Virus record (IMG/VR): IMGVR_UViG_3300012347_000364
Coordinates: 25,019 to 89,018 of that record
DNA length: 64,000 bases
Reading direction: 5' to 3' (one strand)
Source of the DNA: a virus
Lineage: Duplodnaviria; Heunggongvirae; Uroviricota; Caudoviricetes
A program made the translations under genes and the position numbers. Shown here piece after piece: positions 27,633 to 36,611 of the stretch (the stretch's first letter is position 1; every line of letters begins with the position of its first letter). The notes beneath the pieces are model-generated. The model was not told the origin of the DNA. It saw only the letters and a program-made list of their open reading frames with translations, and ran no database searches.

Positions 27633-28259
27633 ATGTTGCAACACATATTCACGACGCCGATATCGTTTCATAAGTGGCCCCATAGCACCGAAACGACTGA
27701 ACGTATCTACAATGCTGCAGTTAATGCTAGTAGCGAGGGTAGAACATTTTATAGAGATGTCACCACGACAAAGAATGATGATGATGATGTTGTTTTTAGA
27801 AAATGGATTCTAGAAACAGCGCAACAGCATGCGTGGGATGTTGGATATAAACAAGGCGTCGTTGTGTTAAGACGTGCGTGGATGCGCGTAATACGCAATC
27901 CACAAAACACTGTGCCACTTCATTATCACCCTGAAGCATGGTGTGTCGGTACATTTTACTTCACTGATGGCGGTGGCGATATCATGCTCGTCGATCCGCG
28001 AGGATATATCGGGGAGTATGAGGTTGGCCGAGTCAATGATGCGGAAGGTAAATCGCATAGTGTGTGCAACGATTACTACTACACCCCTGAAAAGAATACA
28101 GCTATTGTATTTCCTGGCTATTTGAAACATATGGTCCACTCTTCTTCACAAAACGATGAGAGGACTAGAGTAGCAATAAGTTGGGACATACGTTTATTCT
28201 TGGATGATGAATGTATAGAGTCTTGCGAATTGGAAGATGACCGCTACATGCGGTTGTAA
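27633..28259 (+). CDS. 2OG-Fe(II) oxygenase-like protein (family common in marine phages)
   Basis: HYHPEAW ... H ... RVAISWDI pattern (HxH/D...H...R-x-S). Confidence 0.45.
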   Translation: MLQHIFTTPISFHKWPHSTETTERIYNAAVNASSEGRTFYRDVTTTKNDDDDVVFRKWILETAQQHAWDVGYKQGVVVLRRAWMRVIRNPQNTVPLHYHPEAWCVGTFYFTDGGGDIMLVDPRGYIGEYEVGRVNDAEGKSHSVCNDYYYTPEKNTAIVFPGYLKHMVHSSSQNDERTRVAISWDIRLFLDDECIESCELEDDRYMRL

Positions 28260-28265
28260 CGACTG

Positions 28266-28294
28266 TTGACAATTGTTCAAAACTATTGTACAAT
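28266..28294 (+). promoter_or_regulatory. sigma70-type promoter TTGACA-17-TACAAT
   Basis: Exact -35; -10 TACAAT 28289-28294; 33 nt upstream of ATG 28328 with a GAGGAA RBS. Confidence 0.55.
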
Positions 28295-28327
28295 AGGCTC
28301 TACCTTAACTGATAGAGGAATTTGAAA

Positions 28328-28813
28328 ATGGTGGATGTTCAGTCTGTGTTGAAAAAGTATAGTATTGATCCTAAGGGTTCACTTAACCGTGCAATCGTTA
28401 AGATTAGTGACGATATTAGTGAAGCACAAGATCCGCTAGCGCTGTCTAACAAGATTATTAAACAGCTTGGTTGTAGTCCCGTTGAATGTAACATCGATGC
28501 ACCGATTATTGCGAAATGCTTAATCGAGCAGGCGATTCTCATGGACGAGGACTATGAACCTACTTTCGCCTTCAAGAAGGCGGAGGAGAAGCTCGCTAAT
28601 ATGAAAGTTAAACATCCATATATCTTTGCTATGAAGGAAAATGAAATGACTGCAGCTGCCGCTAAACCTACCAACGACAAAAAAGCACGCGCCTTGGCTA
28701 TCTTTGAAGCCAACCGTGGCAAGACTCCGAGTGATGTTGCCAAGCTAATTCAAGTTGAGTTGGGTATTACGTTCGCTAACGCATACTACTACGTTTCTCG
28801 CGTCTTTAAGTAA
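28328..28813 (+). CDS. hypothetical protein (161 aa)
   Basis: ATG with a GAGGAA RBS; the track start at 28322 is TTG. Confidence 0.45.
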   Translation: MVDVQSVLKKYSIDPKGSLNRAIVKISDDISEAQDPLALSNKIIKQLGCSPVECNIDAPIIAKCLIEQAILMDEDYEPTFAFKKAEEKLANMKVKHPYIFAMKENEMTAAAAKPTNDKKARALAIFEANRGKTPSDVAKLIQVELGITFANAYYYVSRVFK

Positions 28814-28819
28814 GCACCT

Positions 28820-28843
28820 GCCCCTTCGGGGGCTTCATAAGTT
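28820..28843 (+). terminator. putative terminator hairpin GCCCC-UUCG-GGGGC
   Basis: 5-bp GC stem with a UUCG tetraloop 7 nt after the stop codon; the downstream sequence is only moderately T-rich. Confidence 0.35.
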
Positions 28844-29020
28844 TGTTGTCTGGAAAATTTGGTGTATCCGATATGTGCACTCTCCCTGATGGCTCTGGTT
28901 GCAAACACCCATTACGAGTTGCGTTATGACGAGATAGGACTGATCATCCAATACAGTAAGCATAATGCGTTAAAAGCAAACGATCAGGGTTGGGCCTGAT
29001 CCATAACAGACAGCAAACTT

Positions 29021-29188
29021 ATGAACGTGCACAACTTATCTAAAGAAGAGCGTATCCAGCTCGTTTTAGAAGGCGTCCTGCCTTCTGAATTCATCACAGC
29101 CGAAGAACTACTCGAAGTCTTGGACGTCGTGGAAGAACTAATCTGGCAACAACCCCAAACCCACTACTCCCCCGAAACATTGCAGTAA
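29021..29188 (+). CDS. possible small acidic ORF (55 aa; not in the ORF track)
   Basis: Only ORF in a roughly 400-bp low-coding region; no clear RBS. Confidence 0.2.
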   Translation: MNVHNLSKEERIQLVLEGVLPSEFITAEELLEVLDVVEELIWQQPQTHYSPETLQ

Positions 29189-29196
29189 AATAACTG

Positions 29197-29225
29197 TTGA
29201 CATTTTATCCAGAAACGCGTATAAT
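29197..29225 (+). promoter_or_regulatory. perfect-consensus sigma70 promoter TTGACA-17-TATAAT
   Basis: TTGACA 29197-29202, 17-nt spacer, TATAAT 29220-29225; 22 nt upstream of the GGAG RBS and ATG at 29248. Confidence 0.6.
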
Positions 29226-29247
29226 TAATGTATTGATTGGAGCAAGT

Positions 29248-29376
29248 ATGAAATCATTTTTTATTGGTGTGATTGTTGGTATTGTCATTGCTACCGTTGG
29301 TCTGAGTGGGCTATTCCGCATCATGGACAATGGGTTGAATAAAGTACAGACGATTTCTAAGGAAGCGGCACAGTAA
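29248..29376 (+). CDS. small single-TM peptide (42 aa; not in the ORF track)
   Basis: GGAGCAAGTATG RBS; MKSFFIGVIVGIVIATVGLSGLF hydrophobic helix; TAATG-coupled to the next gene. Confidence 0.4.
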   Translation: MKSFFIGVIVGIVIATVGLSGLFRIMDNGLNKVQTISKEAAQ

Positions 29377-29732
29377 TGGCTGTTATCTATTTGAGTACTA
29401 AGTCTAAAACGACTCGTAAGCAAAAAGCTAAAGCGAAAGATAGCTGGGCAGAGTACATGAAGAAGTATGGTCTGGTTGAGCATAAAGGTCGTGCTCAACA
29501 AATTGTTAAGCCGTATGTTGCTCCTAAAGTGATGCCTGTACGTGCTGGTGCAAACGACTTTGCTAAACACAAATCACTCAATAGTGGTGCTCATGTAGCT
29601 ACAAAGGCTGAACCAAAGGTGTATACTGGTACTAAGGTGATTGGTATTGGCACAATGCATAAGTCTAACCTCGTTCCGATCTTCAGCGAAGAGGCGGCAG
29701 TTGATATTTCTAAGATGAGACGTAATGATTAA
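29376..29732 (+). CDS. hypothetical Lys-rich protein (118 aa)
   Basis: Tiled ORF; overlaps the ligase start by 8 nt. Confidence 0.45.
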   Translation: MAVIYLSTKSKTTRKQKAKAKDSWAEYMKKYGLVEHKGRAQQIVKPYVAPKVMPVRAGANDFAKHKSLNSGAHVATKAEPKVYTGTKVIGIGTMHKSNLVPIFSEEAAVDISKMRRND

Positions 29733-31047
29733 TTCTATTTTCGAAACACTAGCTAGCGATAATGGTCGTAATTTTAAAATCGACTACCTCACTAAACACA
29801 AACACAACGACACTCTAAAAGAAGCAGTACGTCTTGCGCTCGATCCATACACGCAATTCTTCATTCGTAAGATTCCGAAGTATATGACTGATGCTGTCCC
29901 TACACGTACATTGGATCAAGCAATGGCTGATCTGTCAGCACTGTCTAAGCGCGAGGTCACTGGCCACGAAGGCATCGATCATTTGACTGATATCTTGGAA
30001 ACACTCACAGCATCTGACGCTAAGGTGATTGAGCGCATCATCGAAAAAGACTTGAAGTGTGGTGTGTCTGAATCTACAGCTAATAAAGTATGGCCAGGAT
30101 TAGTGCATGAATATCCGTGTATGCTTGCTTCTGCCTTTGAACAGAAGTTGGTTGACAAGATTCAATTCCCTGCATACGCACAATTAAAGATGGACGGCAT
30201 GCGATTCAATGCAATCGTCCGCGACGGTAAATGTGAATTCCGTTCACGCAACGGTAAGCTGATCGACATTCCGAACGAACTGTTCCAACAACCATTCATC
30301 CATATGTCCAATTATTGGGGCGTCGATATGGTGTTCGATGGTGAGTTGTTGGTCGTTGATATTGCTGGCAAGCCGCTCGACCGTAAGACTGGTAACGGTA
30401 TCCTAAACAAAGCAGTTAAGGGAACGATGTCAGAAGAAGAATCACAAGACGTTCGTGCTACGTTGTGGGACGCGATTCCTGTCGATCATTTCGCTATTGG
30501 TAAGTATACAGAACAATATATCGACCGTATTGCTAAGCTATCCAACGCTTTGTCGGATATGAAGCATAAGACGCGGTTTGGCCATTTGGCTGTAATGGTC
30601 AAACACATTCAAGTCGATACACCACAAGAAGCACAAAAGGTATTCCTCAACTACTTGTACGATGGTCAAGAGGGCATCATCCTTAAAGACCGATTTGGTA
30701 TTTGGGAAAACAAACGAGCTAAACACCAAGTGAAGTATAAAGGCGAGTATGAGTGTGACCTCATCTGTACAGCTTGGGAAGAGGGCACTGGCAAGAACGT
30801 TGGACGTCTTGGCGCGTTGCGTTTAGCTACTGCTGATGGTAAGTTGGAAGTCGGTGTTGGTTCTGGATTCAACGATAAAGATCGCGATACGATTGGTAAA
30901 GACGTCGTTGGTAAAATCATTGCAGTCAAGTACAATGCCATTGTGGACGATAAACGAACAGAAACAAAGTCACTGTTCCTTCCAATCTTTTTGGAAATTC
31001 GTGAAGATAAAACTACAGCAGATTCGCTGGCTGATTTGAAAGGTTAA
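29725..31047 (+). CDS. 30: ATP-dependent DNA ligase (T4 gp30-like)
   Basis: Motif I KMDGMR (KxDGxR), motif IV EGIILKD, motif V K..K; 440 aa. Confidence 0.8.
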   Translation: MINSIFETLASDNGRNFKIDYLTKHKHNDTLKEAVRLALDPYTQFFIRKIPKYMTDAVPTRTLDQAMADLSALSKREVTGHEGIDHLTDILETLTASDAKVIERIIEKDLKCGVSESTANKVWPGLVHEYPCMLASAFEQKLVDKIQFPAYAQLKMDGMRFNAIVRDGKCEFRSRNGKLIDIPNELFQQPFIHMSNYWGVDMVFDGELLVVDIAGKPLDRKTGNGILNKAVKGTMSEEESQDVRATLWDAIPVDHFAIGKYTEQYIDRIAKLSNALSDMKHKTRFGHLAVMVKHIQVDTPQEAQKVFLNYLYDGQEGIILKDRFGIWENKRAKHQVKYKGEYECDLICTAWEEGTGKNVGRLGALRLATADGKLEVGVGSGFNDKDRDTIGKDVVGKIIAVKYNAIVDDKRTETKSLFLPIFLEIREDKTTADSLADLKG

Positions 31048-31049
31048 TT

Positions 31050-31418
31050 ATGTTTGGTTTCGGTAATAAACAAGCTCCACGAGTCAATGACTTGGAGCGC
31101 CAATTGCAAAATCTCGAAAGCATTAAATTGCAACTCGAGCAACGTGTAAAGCAACTAGAAGAAAAGATTGCATGTGATACACGCGCAGCTGATTGTGATT
31201 TCGATTTTGATAACATGAATGTGTTCTCTGTCGAACGCAACGATAGCAAAGGCGAGCCATGTACGATCATTGGATATTTGCTGGATGAACCCGTCCTTAG
31301 TTCTGATGGTGAGATGATCGTAAACAAACCGGTCGTCCGTGAGTGGTACTACTACTGCGACCTCGCACGCCACCAACAAGTCGTAGATGCATTTCGTAAA
31401 AGCAAGAAGACAAAATGA
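31050..31418 (+). CDS. hypothetical coiled-coil protein (122 aa)
   Basis: ATG 2 nt after the ligase stop. Confidence 0.4.
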   Translation: MFGFGNKQAPRVNDLERQLQNLESIKLQLEQRVKQLEEKIACDTRAADCDFDFDNMNVFSVERNDSKGEPCTIIGYLLDEPVLSSDGEMIVNKPVVREWYYYCDLARHQQVVDAFRKSKKTK

Positions 31419-31591
31419 GTAGAATCATCCTGACCTTTTTGGTCTTATTCTTTGCATTCTATTTTGGAATTGGCGCTATACGTTCACTTTCTGGTAAAGA
31501 AAAGTGGGTGTTGACCAAGTTGATTTCTTATAGTATAATGTGTGCAGTGCTTACGATTGTAGTACTGGTGGGTTTTGTAGTTTTATTTTAA
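31415..31591 (+). CDS. small 2-TM membrane peptide (58 aa; not in the ORF track)
   Basis: ATGA overlap with the upstream stop; hydrophobic helices ILTFLVLFFAFYFGIGAI and IMCAVLTIVVLVGFVVLF. Confidence 0.35.
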   Translation: MSRIILTFLVLFFAFYFGIGAIRSLSGKEKWVLTKLISYSIMCAVLTIVVLVGFVVLF

Positions 31592-31597
31592 GGATAT

Positions 31598-32413
31598 ATG
31601 ATGAAACGTATTTTTGTAATGTTGATGGTTGCAGCTGGTGTTTTGATGACAGGCTGTACCCGAATTGAAACCGGTGAGATTGGTCTTCGTATTGATATGA
31701 GCAAACAGATCAGCAATAACGAATTGGCGGAAGGTTCGTGGAACCAAACAATCGTTGGTGATGTGTTGACATTCCCAGTGAAAGAAGTAGCGGTCAAAGT
31801 TGATGACTTGAATCCACCAGCCGCAGACAACTCAACAATGAAAGACTTTGACTTGACTGTTATCTATAACATCAACAAGAGTCAGGTTGCTGAGATTTAT
31901 AACACCAAAAACAAGAGTTTTCACGCTAAACATGATGGCGACACTTACTTGATGTATAACTACATTTTCAACGCTACTCGCAACGCTGTATACAAGTCAG
32001 CACGCAAGTACGAAGCCTTGAACATGGGTGATAACCGTACTCCAATGGAAATCGAAATCAAAGAGCTTATCACTAAGACTTTGGAGAGCGAGAAGCTAGA
32101 AGGTACTATCACTATCAGTCAAGTATTGATTCGACAGATCATCCCAGCTGATACTGTAGTTGAAAGTGCTAACGCTCTAGTTCGTGCTAAGAACGAAACC
32201 AAGCAGAAAGAAGCTGAAGTTCGTACAGCCCAACTTGAAGCACAGCGTATTCAAGCACTGGCCCAAAACCAAGGCGCTATTGCTTACATGGATGCTCAAA
32301 CACGCATGACGCTGGCTGAGGCTGCTAAGATTCAGGCACAGGCTATTGCTAACTTCAAGGGCGGTACTTTGGTACTTGGTGGTCAATCTCCTGTCCTCAA
32401 TGTAGGTAAGTAA
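31598..32413 (+). CDS. lipoprotein with SPFH/band-7-like domain
   Basis: Lipobox VLMTG|C; AAGGATATATG RBS; C-terminal Ala/Gln-rich coiled coil typical of stomatin/prohibitin-family proteins. Confidence 0.45.
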   Translation: MMKRIFVMLMVAAGVLMTGCTRIETGEIGLRIDMSKQISNNELAEGSWNQTIVGDVLTFPVKEVAVKVDDLNPPAADNSTMKDFDLTVIYNINKSQVAEIYNTKNKSFHAKHDGDTYLMYNYIFNATRNAVYKSARKYEALNMGDNRTPMEIEIKELITKTLESEKLEGTITISQVLIRQIIPADTVVESANALVRAKNETKQKEAEVRTAQLEAQRIQALAQNQGAIAYMDAQTRMTLAEAAKIQAQAIANFKGGTLVLGGQSPVLNVGK

Positions 32414-32414
32414 C

Positions 32415-32540
32415 ATGGATATCAAAAAGAAAGTAACTGCTGCTCAGAAACGAGTACAAAAGTTCATTGATGTTGAGTTTGCTAAGTTGGCAGAAGAAAC
32501 AAAAGCTGCATTTGATGCAGCTCGCAATCAAAACAAATAA
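32415..32540 (+). CDS. small ORF (41 aa; not in the ORF track)
   Basis: ATG 1 nt after the upstream stop; helical Lys/Glu-rich. Confidence 0.25.
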   Translation: MDIKKKVTAAQKRVQKFIDVEFAKLAEETKAAFDAARNQNK

Positions 32541-32590
32541 CCCCCGCAGTGTGCGTAGAGGCAACGTCAATAAGTCCTCTCCGATAAATT

Positions 32591-32917
32591 ATGATATTTG
32601 ATATTCTCAGCGAAGCATTTAAGATTGTCAGCAAGAAGCGTAAGGCCGCCAAGTTAGCGGCCGAACGTGTTTCCGTAGCTAAAGCATTTAATAACCTATA
32701 CACATATCGCCATCGGTGGGACACTTCCAAAAGCACTCGCCTTCCTGGTTCTGGTATGTGGGGATTCACACCTGAAGTTGGTCATGCATGGATGTGTCCG
32801 GATTGCAACAAGATTCATCTTGCAGAAGAGTGTAGTGCTATGACTGGGCTTCAGTACCCTGGTTGTTGCATAACTAGTAAAGGCCATCGGTTGTATCACG
32901 ATATTAAAACAAAATGA
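32591..32917 (+). CDS. hypothetical Cys-rich protein (108 aa)
   Basis: CPDCNKIHLAEECSAMTGLQYPGCC, a possible zinc-binding motif. Confidence 0.4.
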   Translation: MIFDILSEAFKIVSKKRKAAKLAAERVSVAKAFNNLYTYRHRWDTSKSTRLPGSGMWGFTPEVGHAWMCPDCNKIHLAEECSAMTGLQYPGCCITSKGHRLYHDIKTK

Positions 32918-33273
32918 AAAAACTAGTAATTAATAAATGTTTTGGGGGGTTTGGCATCAGCCATGAAGCTGCCCTGTTATATGGCGAGCGCGCCAATCTA
33001 AACCTATTTTGGTTTCAGGATGATGAATATCCATCCCTCGGTATCACTCATTACTATACTGGTGGTGTTAAGGACGATAATAACTATTGGTTTCCACGAT
33101 CGATCCAACGCGACGATCCAATCCTAGTACAGATTGTAGAGGAACTTGGCGAGAAGGTTAATACTCGTTACTCCGAACTCAAGATAGTTGAAATTCCTGA
33201 GGATGTAGAGTATACTATAGAAGAATATGACGGCATCGAATGGATTGCTGAAAAACACAGGACATGGCAGTGA
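32914..33273 (+). CDS. hypothetical protein (119 aa)
   Basis: 4-nt overlap with the upstream gene. Confidence 0.4.
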   Translation: MKKLVINKCFGGFGISHEAALLYGERANLNLFWFQDDEYPSLGITHYYTGGVKDDNNYWFPRSIQRDDPILVQIVEELGEKVNTRYSELKIVEIPEDVEYTIEEYDGIEWIAEKHRTWQ

Positions 33274-33458
33274 AAACATTAAGAGATCAAATTATTGCAC
33301 GTATCACCAACCTTGGTGGTGAACAGGCTGAATATTATGCAGATTTTTCCGACTATGATTTGTTGGAAGATTATGAAGAGCTGTTTCGTACAGTGATTGA
33401 AGAAGAATACTTGGCCGATAAACATGACACGACGACACCTGAAAATACCGATTCCTGA
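33264..33458 (+). CDS. hypothetical acidic protein (64 aa)
   Basis: Tiled ORF. Confidence 0.35.
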   Translation: MAVKTLRDQIIARITNLGGEQAEYYADFSDYDLLEDYEELFRTVIEEEYLADKHDTTTPENTDS

Positions 33459-33927
33459 TTGGTTTCCTGACGCAGAGGATGCAAGAGTGCTGCTTGGAAG
33501 GGTCAAAGGCAAATACACACCTTTCCGTTGCTCCACATGCGATGATAAATTAAAATTCAAGCACCCTGAGTTCATGTCTGACGTGAACGGCAAACGCATC
33601 GGTGTAAGCAATTCAGGTGAGTCGTTATGTGCTCCATGCCTTTCTGATGAAATTGCTAAAGTGTTTGTTTGGGGTACGGGCGTTGAGGTGGCAAAGTGCT
33701 ACTGTTGTGAAGAGGAAAAGAAAACAGTTGACATTGTATGGGGATTGGGTGATAATCAATCCAAGATCAATGTCCGATTCTTGACGCGTTGGTGGAACGG
33801 TAACCCTCTATGTTTGGATTGTATCCAGTCTGCATTGGATAAAAGCAAACAAACAAGCAGCTTTATCAAGTACCATCGCGGTAAATCATATTACGTAAAT
33901 TCGAAGGGCGGTTTAATCCGTGTCTGA
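33397..33927 (+). CDS. hypothetical Cys-rich protein (start uncertain)
   Basis: Multiple CxxC pairs (CSTCDD, CAPC, CYCC, CLDC); the track start overlaps the upstream ORF by 62 nt. Confidence 0.35.
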   Translation: MKKNTWPINMTRRHLKIPIPDWFPDAEDARVLLGRVKGKYTPFRCSTCDDKLKFKHPEFMSDVNGKRIGVSNSGESLCAPCLSDEIAKVFVWGTGVEVAKCYCCEEEKKTVDIVWGLGDNQSKINVRFLTRWWNGNPLCLDCIQSALDKSKQTSSFIKYHRGKSYYVNSKGGLIRV

Positions 33928-35083
33928 TCTAGCACTACTACGCAGTCTTGGCCTCTCTCTAGCAGAGGCATCGTCATACAGACGTGGCCGCCGTCGTATT
34001 CGATCTACTGGCAGCAAGCGTGTCAACCGATTCAATAGAAAATCAACCTGGGTACAAGAACCAATCTCAACTATGGCAAAAGATAATAACGAATTCTTTT
34101 TAGCATCTTCGGATGTTTCTGATCACATTACGACTAAATTGTTGTTTGATCGTATGGGCAAGAGTACGCTGATGGATGAGATTACGTTGCTCGCTACTAA
34201 GCAGCAATGGATTGACCATGTTAAAACGCAATATGGCGATGAAACCAAGTACCAAGTTGTCCACCACTCCTCTAGTGGTATGTTGATTATCGAGATTGCA
34301 ACCAAGTCGTGGATGGATTGCACGTTGAACGCCAATGCAATCTCTATTCGCGTTCATGGCACACGAGATGAGAATTCAAACTTCATTACGGAATGTGGTG
34401 AGAAGTTTGAGATTGCAGAATCGTATATCGAGTGGATGTACTCTGCTGATGGTAACTCAGTAAACGTACCACTACGCACTGACCGTACGCCTCTGTCCGA
34501 GATGTACCCGTTCCTTGATGGCCGTACGATTGAAGAATACTACGACAGCTACATCGAATCTGATGCTTCAATCCTGTTGTTGATTGGACCACCAGGTACT
34601 GGTAAGACTACATTCATTCGTGGATTACTGCAACACACTGGATCGAGCGCCATTGTAACATACGATGCAGCAATTCTAGAAAAAGATTATGTGTTCGCAC
34701 AATTCATCGAAGGTGAAGCTAATGTTATGGTGATGGAGGATGCGGACACATTCCTCAAAGCACGTAGCGATGGCAACTCAATGATGCATCGCTTCTTGAA
34801 CGTTGGCGATGGACTTGTTACCACGAAGGGTAAGAAGTTGGTGTTCTCCACAAACCTGCCCAGCATTCGTGATATCGATTCAGCCTTGATTCGGCCTGGA
34901 CGTTGCTTTGACATCGTTCACTTCGACGAACTGAACACAGAACAAGCTCACACGCTGGCTAAGAAGATCGGTATGTCTACTGATAAACTAACCAAAGACA
35001 AATACTCGATTGCAGAGCTGTTCAACGGTGAAGTGCAAAAACACGAAACAAAGTCCGTTGGACGTAAGGTTGGATTTGTATGA
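33920..35083 (+). CDS. classic-clade AAA ATPase with ~200-aa N-terminal domain
   Basis: Walker A GPPGTGKTT, Walker B VMVMEDAD, second-region-of-homology ALIRPGRCFD as in FtsH/Bcs1/katanin-type AAA proteins. Confidence 0.6.
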   Translation: MSDLALLRSLGLSLAEASSYRRGRRRIRSTGSKRVNRFNRKSTWVQEPISTMAKDNNEFFLASSDVSDHITTKLLFDRMGKSTLMDEITLLATKQQWIDHVKTQYGDETKYQVVHHSSSGMLIIEIATKSWMDCTLNANAISIRVHGTRDENSNFITECGEKFEIAESYIEWMYSADGNSVNVPLRTDRTPLSEMYPFLDGRTIEEYYDSYIESDASILLLIGPPGTGKTTFIRGLLQHTGSSAIVTYDAAILEKDYVFAQFIEGEANVMVMEDADTFLKARSDGNSMMHRFLNVGDGLVTTKGKKLVFSTNLPSIRDIDSALIRPGRCFDIVHFDELNTEQAHTLAKKIGMSTDKLTKDKYSIAELFNGEVQKHETKSVGRKVGFV

Positions 35084-35268
35084 AGTATACACAACATATA
35101 GGGTTGGGAATCTTGTTTTGTATATGGATTGGTTTTGGTATACACTTTCTGCTAACACAACCAAAGCCAAGCAACACTATTCGAATCGATTGCACATTAT
35201 CAGAAATCAGTCCTGATTTTACACCAGAGTTAAAACAACTATGCCGAAACGCCAAACAAATCAAATGA
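35080..35268 (+). CDS. small membrane protein (62 aa)
   Basis: ATGA overlap with the AAA gene stop; ILFCIWIGFGIHFLL. Confidence 0.3.
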   Translation: MKYTQHIGLGILFCIWIGFGIHFLLTQPKPSNTIRIDCTLSEISPDFTPELKQLCRNAKQIK

Positions 35269-35516
35269 CTGATATGACGACCGAGCACGAGATTCTTCAG
35301 ATTCTTTCTGAAGAATGTGCAGAGGTTGTTTTAGCTGCTAGTAAATGTATCCGATTCGGGTATGCTGTCAACAGCCTCGAGCTCGAAAGAGAAATTGGAC
35401 AGGTACTGTGTCTGATCGATATTATGCACAAACATGATATGGTTTCATTCGGCAACCTCGAAAAGTTCATTGAAGAAAAATATAAAAAACTAGAGAAGTA
35501 TTCGAATATAGTATGA
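35241..35516 (+). CDS. MazG-like nucleotide pyrophosphohydrolase domain protein (small)
   Basis: EECAEV...E.E.E acidic helix pattern (EExxE) typical of MazG/HisE all-alpha NTP-PPases. Confidence 0.4.
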   Translation: MPKRQTNQMTDMTTEHEILQILSEECAEVVLAASKCIRFGYAVNSLELEREIGQVLCLIDIMHKHDMVSFGNLEKFIEEKYKKLEKYSNIV

Positions 35517-35653
35517 AACAAGTATCAACAGTAATTGCATTCGTGGTGGCATCACCATTTATCGTGGCTGGAGCGTTTTGGCGGTTTGCTGCCGACTCCT
35601 TCAACGCCGGCGTCAATCTTGGCCAAATGTTTATCGACTACTTGAGTGAATAA
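35513..35653 (+). CDS. small TM peptide (46 aa; not in the ORF track)
   Basis: ATGA overlap with the upstream stop; VIAFVVASPFIVAGAFW. Confidence 0.3.
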   Translation: MKQVSTVIAFVVASPFIVAGAFWRFAADSFNAGVNLGQMFIDYLSE

Positions 35654-35654
35654 T

Positions 35655-36089
35655 ATGATTAAAGTTACCACCCGCCATAAGAAATCTATCGTCGAGGTAG
35701 AAACATACGAACGTGTTGTTGATGGCACAACATACCGAGCTACACTTGAAAATGTGTGGAGATGGGGTCATGCAATCATTGACGCATCCGCAAATGAAAT
35801 CGACGTTGAGTCTGATTTAATCATTACTGACTACAGCATTGAGGATCAACAATTCGATGATGGGACTTCTTCTTTCTGGTATTTTGATGATAGCGTACCA
35901 GAACCAATTCAACAAGAGCTAGAGGCAGCTTGGGAAGAGAATTGGATGGAGGGAATCGAGGAGCTTGGTTGGTATCATGTTGATACAGAAACTACGTTTG
36001 TTGCTCCTTTGGACATCGAGGAGCTTGATGAAGAGCCTAAGGCTGAGTCAGCGCCAGCAGACGCGTCTGCACGTAAGTGGCCCTTTTAA
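35655..36089 (+). CDS. hypothetical acidic protein (144 aa)
   Basis: ATG 35655; the track start is GTG 35646. 4-nt overlap with the convergent minus-strand gene. Confidence 0.4.
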   Translation: MIKVTTRHKKSIVEVETYERVVDGTTYRATLENVWRWGHAIIDASANEIDVESDLIITDYSIEDQQFDDGTSSFWYFDDSVPEPIQQELEAAWEENWMEGIEELGWYHVDTETTFVAPLDIEELDEEPKAESAPADASARKWPF

Positions 36090-36610
36090 TAGAACCGTTG
36101 ACCTTTGATGTAGTCTTTGAATTCAGGGCTACGTCCTAGCTTAAACCCAAGAGGTATCTTGTCTTCATGGCAACGTAGCTCTTGGCCCGTTTCCGGATGA
36201 TGGCACCACTTTTGGCCATTGAGTGTTGACTTGCCCATACGCTTAGAGGCAATCATAATCTTTGTCATCTTATCATGTCGACGGCCTTCGAAATTAGACT
36301 TACCCTTCATCGTAGCTGATGTCTTAGCGTTTGACTCTGTTGGGCGAGGCTTGCCAATTCGTGCCTCGATGCATTTGCGTCTAATCTCTTCAGTAAAGTA
36401 TTTCCAGCCCCATCGCTTTAATTCGGCATAGTCTCTAACGACTTCTTCTGCTTTATAATCTTTTTGAAGGCGGGCAATTACCTTCTCTAAGTTGTCGTAC
36501 TCAGCAACGGCTTGAATCAGCTCATATGCACCAGGGTATTTCTGTCTAAATTCACGTTCTGTTGATTCAACGACGATCAGTCTCTTCGACTGAAGAAATA
36601 CCCTGTACAT
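36086..36610 (-). CDS. NUMOD3-motif DNA-binding protein (homing-endonuclease-associated module; no clear nuclease domain)
   Basis: C-terminal MKGKSNFEGRRHDKMTKIMIASKRMGKS and HKW..TG.E.R...P.G.K.GR motifs shared with the adjacent gene; minus strand in a + strand genome. Confidence 0.45.
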   Translation of the reverse strand: MYRVFLQSKRLIVVESTEREFRQKYPGAYELIQAVAEYDNLEKVIARLQKDYKAEEVVRDYAELKRWGWKYFTEEIRRKCIEARIGKPRPTESNAKTSATMKGKSNFEGRRHDKMTKIMIASKRMGKSTLNGQKWCHHPETGQELRCHEDKIPLGFKLGRSPEFKDYIKGQRFY

Positions 36611-36611
36611 A

